The translations under genes and the position numbers were made by a program. From the NCBI GenBank assembly GCA_021294815.2, contig CP095464.1, positions 780,001 to 812,000 on the forward strand: 32,000 nucleotides of DNA. Reading direction: 5' to 3'. Numbering within the stretch: the first letter of the stretch is position 1; each line of letters begins with the position of its first letter. The DNA comes from Verrucomicrobiota bacterium. Its GTDB lineage: Bacteria; Verrucomicrobiota; Verrucomicrobiia; Opitutales; LL51. The notes beneath the pieces are model-generated. The model was not told where the DNA came from. It searched no databases and saw only the letters and a program-made list of their open reading frames with translations. This document shows, piece by piece, positions 24,848 to 32,000 of the stretch.

Positions 24848-25630
24848 ATGCGGTGCATTCAAAAGTCGGCATTTACGATCGTCGAGCTACTTATTTCCAG
24901 TGCATCGTCGGCGTTGTTGCTCATTTTTATGATGTTTGCGGTGCAAAAGATCCTCGACCAAAAACAGCGAGAGAATTTTAAGTGCGATCTTTTGGAGGAG
25001 TGTTACCAAATTTTAAATCTCCTGGAGCGCGATTGGGAACAAAAGACGATTTCTGTTGGGAATTTTTTGCTTCGTGAGCCCTCTTATCCGGTGATATACA
25101 CTCGTTCAAAGCCGAAATTGATGTTTTTTAGGGATACTCCCGAAGGACCGCAATTGGTATGTTATGCGATAGGAACATTGCCTAAAAATCAAAATATTGG
25201 TTTATCTGGAGAGGGTCTTTTGCAAGCGACAAAATCAGTAGAAGAATCGAAAGTAATTTTTAGGGATACGTCGGAGCGTATCGAAGTAGGGGAGGAAAAC
25301 TATTTTTCGGATGATGAAATTTTTACATTCTCTAACTTGATTTCGGAAAATATTGTAGATTTGACGGTAATTCCAATGGAATTCGATCCGGACGACCAGA
25401 AATGGATTCCTCTCACAACAAAAAGTTTTACGGTTGATCGCGGGGTGATTGGGAGCGAGGGACAAGAAATTTCCAACACTCGGAATTTAGGTTTGAGTGA
25501 GGTAACGGTGATCGCATTAGCCAATGCACAGCAGGCCGAGTACAAGAAATGCTCCAATGATGATGCACGGCGCGATTTTTTGCGCAAGAATGGGGTCCGA
25601 ATGACACGCGTGATGCCGTGGTATCTTTAG
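24848..25630 (+). CDS. Hypothetical protein with a prepilin-type (class III) N-terminal signal; pseudopilin-like
   Basis: MRCIQKSA-FTIVELLISSASSALLLIFMMF has a short basic leader, then F-T-I-V-E with Glu at +5, then a hydrophobic helix. The rest has no recognisable family. I chose ATG 24848; the listed TTG at 24812 adds 12 aa. Confidence 0.55.
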   Translation: MRCIQKSAFTIVELLISSASSALLLIFMMFAVQKILDQKQRENFKCDLLEECYQILNLLERDWEQKTISVGNFLLREPSYPVIYTRSKPKLMFFRDTPEGPQLVCYAIGTLPKNQNIGLSGEGLLQATKSVEESKVIFRDTSERIEVGEENYFSDDEIFTFSNLISENIVDLTVIPMEFDPDDQKWIPLTTKSFTVDRGVIGSEGQEISNTRNLGLSEVTVIALANAQQAEYKKCSNDDARRDFLRKNGVRMTRVMPWYL

Positions 25631-25788
25631 GCGTTTTTAACAGCCTAACCCGAATTTTATTGTAAATAAAAACAATATTTTATAAAACCAGAAACATAAT
25701 AAGTTTGCACTTGGATGATTTTCATTAGAGTCAGGTGTCACACTGGCGAAAAGTGTTCTGTGGCTTTGAGTTGCCGAACACGAACTTT

Positions 25789-27168
25789 ATGAGTGCGATC
25801 CAAACCACCAATTTGACGCGATATCCTGCGGGAAGTATCCGTGAGTTATGTACCATTTCCTGGCCTATTGTCCTGTCTTCAGCTGCGGGGTACCTTATGG
25901 CTGTCATCGATCGCCTTTTTTTGAGTCATTACAACGAGGCGGCGTTTAATGCGTGTTTTGCGGCGACGCAGTGGTATTGGAATTTTTTCTGTACGACGGC
26001 AGAGATGGTCCTTATCGCGGAGGTCTTTGTCGGCCAATTTAACGGTGCCAAGCGTTTTCGAGAAATTGGCCCTGCCGTTTGGCAGATGATTTGGTTTTGT
26101 CTGCTTTTATACGTGATTTTTATCCCCATCGCGATTTGGGGTGCGCCGTTTCTGGTGGCCGATAGTGTTGCCGAGCTAGGAGTGCCTTATTTACGCATTT
26201 TGACGCTTTTTATTCCCATCGACTGTATTGGATATTGTGCGCTGGGTGCGTTTTTTGTGGGTCGTGGCGAAACTAAAATCATTCCGAGGGTGACGATAGT
26301 TGCTAATTTATTTAACGTTATTCTCGATATGCCCTTTATTTTTGGCCTCAAATGGGGCGAAACGGTTATCATTCCCGAAGGGGGAATCATCGGTGCGGCG
26401 ATCGCGACGGTTGCCACACAGACACTTTCGGCGTTGTTGCTTTTATGGCTATTTTTCCGAAAATCGTATCGTGAACGCTACGGAACAACGAAGATTGCAT
26501 TCAGACCGAAAACGCTAGGACATTATCTGAAAGTCGGGATGCCGGCCTCATTTGCACGTTTCATCAATTCATTTGGTTGGGCGATTTTAACTCAGGTAAT
26601 TGCGGCCAACGTCTCAACGGACGACTTCCAAGCCTATGGGATTTCGCACTCGATTTATATACTATTCATGTTTTTCAATGAAGGGTTTTCTGTGGGAACA
26701 CGAACGATTTGCTCGAATGCAATGGGCGCGCATCAGTATCACGTCGTTCGGAAAAATTGCCGTGCTTGGGTTTCGCTGATTCTCATGGTGATGAGTATAA
26801 CGGCGATTGGAATGATTTTCTGTCCTGAGCCGCTAATCCGAAGTTTTTTAGGCCCCAATGATACGATATTGGAAATCACCCATACCTCTGCCATGTTGCG
26901 GTGGGCTTGGATTGCGTTTGCCCTGGAATTTACCTTTATGAACATGATGAGCATGCTGATTGCGTCGGGCGATACGCGGTTTACGATGTTCGTCAATACA
27001 GCTTCCTTCTTTTGCCTTTCTGTTTTCCCGACCTATATTGGTATCGTTTATTTCGGCATGACTTCGATTCTCTTTTGGTATTCAACGCTCCTCGATGGTT
27101 CTGTCCGCTCGCTACTTTTTTTCAAACGTTACCGCAGTGGGCGCTGGATGCGCCATCGAATTATCTAG
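25789..27168 (+). CDS. MATE-family efflux transporter
   Basis: It is about 459 aa with about 12 predicted TM helices. The N-terminus IRELCTISWPIVLSSAAGYLMAVIDRLFLSHY is typical of MATE proteins. I chose ATG 25789. Confidence 0.75.
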   Translation: MSAIQTTNLTRYPAGSIRELCTISWPIVLSSAAGYLMAVIDRLFLSHYNEAAFNACFAATQWYWNFFCTTAEMVLIAEVFVGQFNGAKRFREIGPAVWQMIWFCLLLYVIFIPIAIWGAPFLVADSVAELGVPYLRILTLFIPIDCIGYCALGAFFVGRGETKIIPRVTIVANLFNVILDMPFIFGLKWGETVIIPEGGIIGAAIATVATQTLSALLLLWLFFRKSYRERYGTTKIAFRPKTLGHYLKVGMPASFARFINSFGWAILTQVIAANVSTDDFQAYGISHSIYILFMFFNEGFSVGTRTICSNAMGAHQYHVVRKNCRAWVSLILMVMSITAIGMIFCPEPLIRSFLGPNDTILEITHTSAMLRWAWIAFALEFTFMNMMSMLIASGDTRFTMFVNTASFFCLSVFPTYIGIVYFGMTSILFWYSTLLDGSVRSLLFFKRYRSGRWMRHRII

Positions 27169-27183
27169 AGGCTTTGCGTTTCC

Positions 27184-28539
27184 TCAAACGTTCGTTTTGC
27201 TAGCATTTCTTTTCCAAAATCGTTTCGTTTCTGTAATAATTTCCTTCCTCAACGCGACGAGACTGATGATATTGGGGATGGCCATCAGACCGATGACGAC
27301 ATCGGCAATAACAAAAGCAGTCTTAATTTGCAAAAATGGGCCGGCGATGACGAAAAAGAGAAACAGGGCGCGATAGGCTAAAATGGCTCGCGTGCTGAAA
27401 AAATACTGCACGCATTTTTCGCCATAGTAGTTCCAGCCGATAATCGTTGTAAAGGCAAAAAATATAATGCTCAAACTAACGATAGAGTTCCCAAGATGTG
27501 GGACACCTAACCCATGTTCAAAAGCTGACGCGGTCATAGAAGTCTCAATGACTCCCGTTGGATCTGCTGTGACGAGCACCAGACCTGTAATGATACAAAC
27601 AATGATCGACAAAAAGGCGCCAACCATACAGATCAGCCCCTGTTGGAAAGGCGATTTTGTTTTAGCAGCCGCGGCGGCAATTGCTGCACTACCGAGACCG
27701 GCTTCGTGACAAAAAATACCGCGACTTATGCCCGTTTGAATGGAGGCTATGAGGGCGCTTCCAAATGTTCCACCAACAAAAGATTTTGGGGAAAATGCAT
27801 TCGAAATAATTAATTTAAGTGCCGGGAAAATCATATCGACTTTCAAAATCAATACAATCAACGCCGTGCCAAGATAAAGTATTGTCATGAAAGGAACCAC
27901 TTTTTCTGCGACATCGGCAATACGGTGAATACCGCCGAAAATAACGAGGGCAACGATGATTCCGAGAAGAACCGTTGTAAGCCCTATGGGTACACCAAAC
28001 GATGTTGCAGCTGCCGCAATTGAGTTGGTTTGCGCTAATGTCCCAATCCCAATAAGTGCAACGCCCATCCCAGAAAGGGCAAAAAATTTCGCCAGAAATC
28101 GACTATGAAGTCCCTTTTCAATGTAGTACATAGGACCACCGGCGATTTTGCCATCACTGCCGACTTCACGGTATTTAATCGCTAAAAATCCTTCACAGTA
28201 CTTAATCGCGAGGCTAAAAAACGAGGAAAGGACGATCCAAAACAGTGTTCCGGGGCCACCGACGGAGACGGCAACCGCGATACCGACAATGTTTCCCGTT
28301 CCAAGAGTTGCAGATAATGCGGTACATAACGAAGCAAAACTGGAAATATCTCCAATAAGAACGCCGACACTAGAATCTTTCCTTTTACGGGAGGGCAAAA
28401 GATATCGAAATGCTTTTCCAAGGCCGCGAAGTTGGATGAAGTTAAGTTTTATGGAAAAATAGAAACCAATCCCGAAAATTGTAAGTAATAGAGGGAGACC
28501 CCAGATGAATTGATAAATGGATTGAACAAGGTCTTCCAT
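27184..28539 (-). CDS. Alanine/glycine:cation symporter (AGCS family)
   Basis: It is a 451-aa polytopic protein. The N-terminus IWGLPLLLTIFGIGFYFSIKLNFIQLRGLGKAF and the internal segments GTGNIVGIAVAVSVGGPGTLFW and GLGSAAIAAAAAKT match AGCS hallmarks. Confidence 0.8.
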   Translation of the reverse strand: MEDLVQSIYQFIWGLPLLLTIFGIGFYFSIKLNFIQLRGLGKAFRYLLPSRKRKDSSVGVLIGDISSFASLCTALSATLGTGNIVGIAVAVSVGGPGTLFWIVLSSFFSLAIKYCEGFLAIKYREVGSDGKIAGGPMYYIEKGLHSRFLAKFFALSGMGVALIGIGTLAQTNSIAAAATSFGVPIGLTTVLLGIIVALVIFGGIHRIADVAEKVVPFMTILYLGTALIVLILKVDMIFPALKLIISNAFSPKSFVGGTFGSALIASIQTGISRGIFCHEAGLGSAAIAAAAAKTKSPFQQGLICMVGAFLSIIVCIITGLVLVTADPTGVIETSMTASAFEHGLGVPHLGNSIVSLSIIFFAFTTIIGWNYYGEKCVQYFFSTRAILAYRALFLFFVIAGPFLQIKTAFVIADVVIGLMAIPNIISLVALRKEIITETKRFWKRNASKTNV

Positions 28540-28623
28540 AATACGATCTTGATGTAAAAACGCTTTGAGCTTTTGTCCAGTGTGGATCGTGCGTGATTTG
28601 TTGAGGAAAAATTTCGCGGAGAA

Positions 28624-29202
28624 TTACGCTCCGTCGTACAACTTTTCATCGAAGTGATTGACGATAAAATTGACGAGATAGATGAGCGCTAAAACGACCG
28701 CAGGGGCCGCAAACGGATTTTCGCCCATGAGTAAGATGGCGAGAAGCATGAGGCCCGCAGGAATCCAGAGCGCATCAAAATTGATCTTCCAAAACATAAG
28801 TGTCTTGTGGAGGTTGAAAAAACTACGATCGTCGTAGCTGTAGGCGTACAACACGAGTGTAAACAGCGCGGACGGTACCCAAAAGAAAGTTGCGAGATCG
28901 ACCAGTAAGCCACTATAACTCATGCGGAAAATCAAAAGTAGGACGAGATGAACGAGCGTCGCTAAAACAGGAACAGGATGACGACTCAAATTGTGCCCAG
29001 TAATTACACCAAGAGCGGGGAGTTTTGCGCGGCGATTGGTTAAGGAATCTTCAATAAAGAGAAAAAGATAGAGAAAAACAAAAAAACTGAGGATATAGGT
29101 CGCGAAACCGAGTGAGAGCGCCAAAACCTTCTGGTAAAAATTCGGATCTTGCCGTAGATTCCGAAAATCCTGAAAAAATGTGTTACGTCCTTCGATCCCC
29201 AC
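28624..29202 (-). CDS. Hypothetical integral membrane protein (about 5-6 TM helices)
   Basis: It is 192 aa with several long hydrophobic helices and no motif I can assign. The start is GTG. It lies 84 nt upstream of the symporter gene on the same strand and is divergent from rseP. Confidence 0.5.
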   Translation of the reverse strand: MGIEGRNTFFQDFRNLRQDPNFYQKVLALSLGFATYILSFFVFLYLFLFIEDSLTNRRAKLPALGVITGHNLSRHPVPVLATLVHLVLLLIFRMSYSGLLVDLATFFWVPSALFTLVLYAYSYDDRSFFNLHKTLMFWKINFDALWIPAGLMLLAILLMGENPFAAPAVVLALIYLVNFIVNHFDEKLYDGA

Positions 29203-29290
29203 ATGGTCTTTCTATCGGTAGTGGCGTCGTACGCAAACCAATTTTGTGTTGCGGCAATGAGGCGGGATGCTACGCTGAGCGTCGTGTTTT

Positions 29291-31054
29291 ATGGAGGCGG
29301 GATTTTCGCAGTTCGAGGCCATTTTGTGGGTTTTGATTTTTTTCGGGGGCTCAATTTTTGTCCACGAGCTCGGGCATTTGCTCGCCGCAAAGTGGCGTAA
29401 ACTCTACATTCCGTGTTTTTCCATCGGGTTCGGCCCTAAAATTTTTAGGAAAAAAATCGGCGAAACGGAGTTTTGCATCTCACTGTTACCGTTAGGAGGA
29501 TATGTCACGCTTCCTCAGTTGATGGATGTACAGAGTGTCGAAGGTAAGTATGCACTACCCCAGAGCCTACCGCCGATTTCGTCACGCGATAAGATAATTG
29601 TTGCCTCCATGGGTGTCGTTTTTAACCTACTTTTTGCGTTTGTTATTGCCGTTGGCTTGTATTATCTGGGAATTGAACAGCGCTATAGCAGTACCAACAC
29701 AACAATTGGATATATTTGCCATGAGGTCCCGATTAATGCGGCGAAAAAAGTCCCGGGACCTGCAAAACGCGCGGGTCTCAAGATCGGTGACCGTATCGTT
29801 GCGATTGACGGCCATGCAACGAAAAATTTTAGCGATGTGCTTTATGGAATCACACTGGGAAAACACCGTGATGCTAAGGGGCCCATAGCGCAATTTTCAA
29901 TTGTCCGCGATAATCAACCCTTGGAAGTGACGGTTCATCCCGTCATTTGTGAACAGAATGCCCGAACGGGTGAAACCTCGCGGATCGCAGGGCTGCTTTC
30001 GGAGGAAAAGTTAAGTGTGAGCCACGTGTATGCCAATTCTCCTGCAGCAGCTAAGGGCATTCGACGAGGGGACCAGTTGATAGCAATTGACAGTATTCCG
30101 GTGACTTCCTATCGACTATTTCTAGACCTATTACGAGGGCAGGAAGAGGTATTGTGCGAGTTTGAACGAAAAGAAGGAGATCGGTATTCCGTTACAATTC
30201 CGTGTGCGGAGGTCCCGCATCAGAAGCCGATGTTACGCCTTGCGTTGGATTTCGAGGGGACACTGGAACTTTGCCCTGAGTTCACAGAGCCACTGACATC
30301 CAAAGACCTTTGTGAGCAACCCTGTACGCTACGATGTTTGTCATGGATTAAAGATCTGGATTCCGGTGACAGCGACCTTACACTTTTAGGAGAAACACTT
30401 TCGGTTCAGGCGTCCGACGCGCCTCAGACGCTTAAAGCGTACTGCGATTTTTTTAAAAGCCGTATAGGCCAACGCTTGGAACTACAAATCGGCGAGCAGA
30501 AATATACTTTTGTAGTGACGACGGCTACCATTGACAAGGAAGTGGGCCACGAATCTTTAGGATTCGAGCTCCAAGAAACGACAGTTCAGATGCATATCCA
30601 TCCGTTGACGCAAATTTCAGACAGCATACAAATGACCGCTCAAACGTTGATAAGTCTACTGACGCCATCAGCCGACGTACACTTCAAAAATCTCATGGGA
30701 CCCACTGGAATTGTAAAAACACTTCACACCTTTGCCGTCACGGATTTTCGATTGTTGCTCTGGTTTGTAATTTTACTCAATGTCAACCTCGCCTTTCTCA
30801 ATATTCTTCCACTTCCGATCCTCGACGGCGGCATCATTCTTTTAGCGCTTTTAGAGGCTGTTTTTCGGCGAAAATTTCCAGCACATACACTAGGTGCCAT
30901 ACAGTCCATTTTCGCGTTAATTCTGCTGGGCTTCGTGCTCTATATCAGTGTTTTCGACGTCCACCGCATTTTGGGTGAACAAGACGCTAAAACCCAACTT
31001 CAGCGCCAGCAATTACTCGCCCTGGATGAAGCAGGTTTTTGGCGTCAAGGGTAA
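29291..31054 (+). CDS. rseP: RIP (site-2) zinc metalloprotease RseP/YaeL
   Basis: It has HELGH in the first TM helix, PDZ-like segments (GLKIGDRIVAIDG and GIRRGDQLIAIDS), and the C-terminal NILPLPILDGG motif. At 587 aa it is longer than the E. coli enzyme. Confidence 0.88.
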   Translation: MEAGFSQFEAILWVLIFFGGSIFVHELGHLLAAKWRKLYIPCFSIGFGPKIFRKKIGETEFCISLLPLGGYVTLPQLMDVQSVEGKYALPQSLPPISSRDKIIVASMGVVFNLLFAFVIAVGLYYLGIEQRYSSTNTTIGYICHEVPINAAKKVPGPAKRAGLKIGDRIVAIDGHATKNFSDVLYGITLGKHRDAKGPIAQFSIVRDNQPLEVTVHPVICEQNARTGETSRIAGLLSEEKLSVSHVYANSPAAAKGIRRGDQLIAIDSIPVTSYRLFLDLLRGQEEVLCEFERKEGDRYSVTIPCAEVPHQKPMLRLALDFEGTLELCPEFTEPLTSKDLCEQPCTLRCLSWIKDLDSGDSDLTLLGETLSVQASDAPQTLKAYCDFFKSRIGQRLELQIGEQKYTFVVTTATIDKEVGHESLGFELQETTVQMHIHPLTQISDSIQMTAQTLISLLTPSADVHFKNLMGPTGIVKTLHTFAVTDFRLLLWFVILLNVNLAFLNILPLPILDGGIILLALLEAVFRRKFPAHTLGAIQSIFALILLGFVLYISVFDVHRILGEQDAKTQLQRQQLLALDEAGFWRQG

Positions 31055-31067
31055 AACTTGTAGATTT

Positions 31068-32000
31068 TTAGAGCAAGTCTAGAGTGCGATCGCCTCGTTG
31101 AAAACTTCCGCGAATGCGTCCCCAAATTCCGGGTGTGGCGCTCGGTTGTAGATCGTCGCGTTTCCGAATGAAACCAAAGAGTTTTGCCAATGACGGATCC
31201 GGCATAATAATGCGGAGACTGCCTATACCATTTGCGTCTCGAGTGATCATACAATTCCAGAGTTTGTTCCATATTTCTTGAGCATATCTTTTACTTCTCT
31301 CAAATGAATCTGGATCCATATTATTATCGGTATTTTTTTCAATTAATGCGTTATAGTCGTAGATTCCCGGAAGGGATTTCATTGCTTTTGGATAAAAAGC
31401 AATCTCTCGAGTTGATGGGCGCAAAAGACGTGCAATACTTATCGGTTTTGTCTGTTGATCAAGGATTTGTAAAACTTCTGCATAGTCAAAATATGCCGGT
31501 GTGGAAAATCTCAACTCATCAATTTTTTGCCGTAGGACTTGTTGTAGACATTCTGGAATGATCAAACGAAGTTGCATTAAATTAGGTGAATCACGATAGA
31601 GGATCGATTCCTTGAAGCCGTTTTTTGAAAAAGATTGGGACGAGTTCTGTGCAAATCGTTCGTAACAACCATCATCGACTAGAACGCAACAGGGCTCATA
31701 ATGTCTCAATGCATCCTGCGTTTGTGCCTGATCGATAAACGCATTAAGAACTTGAGTGATACACAAAATGAGACCTTTTCGAACATTTTCCGCGATTACT
31801 TCAATATCATTATATTTCGTATTATTAGCAATCACATCAAGGTCTTCAGGTTTTATGGTAAGTTCTGAAAAACCCTTTTCTTGAGGGAAACTAGGAGATA
31901 GTGACGCAAATTTCATCAATAGTAACCGAGGATCGAGCTCATTTCCCCATGCGGTACCCTGCCTCCAGGTAACATAAGGGCCAAAGGCCGCAGCGTCTAT
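31068..32000 (-). CDS. Hypothetical protein, possibly 5'-truncated by the window edge
   Basis: A 283-aa ORF runs from TTG 31919 / ATG 31916. The same frame has no stop codon between 31920 and 32000 (it reads ...IDAAAFGPYVTWRQGTAWGNELDPRLL-LMKFAS), so the real start may lie outside the window. There is no signal peptide and no recognisable motif. Confidence 0.5.
   Translation of the reverse strand: MDAAAFGPYVTWRQGTAWGNELDPRLLLMKFASLSPSFPQEKGFSELTIKPEDLDVIANNTKYNDIEVIAENVRKGLILCITQVLNAFIDQAQTQDALRHYEPCCVLVDDGCYERFAQNSSQSFSKNGFKESILYRDSPNLMQLRLIIPECLQQVLRQKIDELRFSTPAYFDYAEVLQILDQQTKPISIARLLRPSTREIAFYPKAMKSLPGIYDYNALIEKNTDNNMDPDSFERSKRYAQEIWNKLWNCMITRDANGIGSLRIIMPDPSLAKLFGFIRKRDDLQPSATPGIWGRIRGSFQRGDRTLDLL

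Noticed and set aside
25627-25677. Two hairpins after the pseudopilin-like gene: TTAGGC-N10-GCCTAA (25627-25648) and TATTGT-N8-ACAATA (25658-25677), the latter followed by TTTTAT.
   Set aside because: The stems are short and AT-rich, so they would be weak thermodynamically. The first is not followed by a T-tract. A terminator is possible but not convincing.
1-32000. A window-wide scan for CRISPR repeats, IS elements or inverted terminal repeats, tandem repeats, rRNA, prophage genes and toxin-antitoxin or restriction-modification cassettes.
   Set aside because: None was found by eye. The only repeated elements seen are the short motifs reported in the findings. All long ORFs are accounted for by housekeeping families or by the few hypothetical proteins listed.

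Overview
The window is a gene-dense, mostly housekeeping chromosomal segment with about 30 protein genes and 4 tRNAs. It is most consistent with a chlamydia-like obligate intracellular bacterium (Chlamydiota). This lineage call is an inference. It rests on an Npt1/Tlc-type nucleotide transporter, a sigma-66-like RpoD, KdsB, an unusually long RseP, an SNF2 helicase and a cysteine-rich exported protein. Recognisable genes, left to right:
- sucD (3' part), def, a lone OppC/DppC-type permease.
- tRNA-Lys, tRNA-Thr, tRNA-Thr.
- yraN, a family-4 UDG, a minimal birA, a ClpX-family AAA+ paralog.
- tRNA-Ser, kdsB, the nucleotide transporter, an exported hypothetical protein.
- An SNF2 helicase, dnaG, rpoD, pheT, parA.
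- An RsuA/RluB-type pseudouridine synthase, a DUF167 protein, a 580-aa exported protein with a Cys-rich C-terminus.
- An acetyl-CoA hydrolase/transferase-family enzyme, dapB, a DEDDy 3'-5' exonuclease.
- A pseudopilin-like protein, a MATE transporter, an alanine/cation symporter, a small membrane protein, rseP.
- A hypothetical ORF that is still open at the right window edge.
I see no CRISPR array, transposase, integrase, prophage, toxin-antitoxin pair or recognisable defence cassette. I cannot point to a coherent multi-gene novel system. The non-routine content is at the single-gene and motif level:
- A ClpX paralog keeps the IGF loop but has no zinc-ribbon domain, and its C-terminal lid segment appears duplicated.
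- DnaG, the family-4 UDG and the ClpX-like protein all lack canonical Cys/His metal ligands.
- An exported protein has a disordered basic/Ser/Pro/Gln-rich region and a Cys-rich C-terminus, and sits behind an AT-rich region of nested palindromes.
- An identical 14-nt motif lies upstream of two unrelated signal-peptide genes.
- A pseudopilin-like gene stands alone, with no secretion or pilus genes nearby.
All functional calls come from motif recognition by eye. No database search was run.
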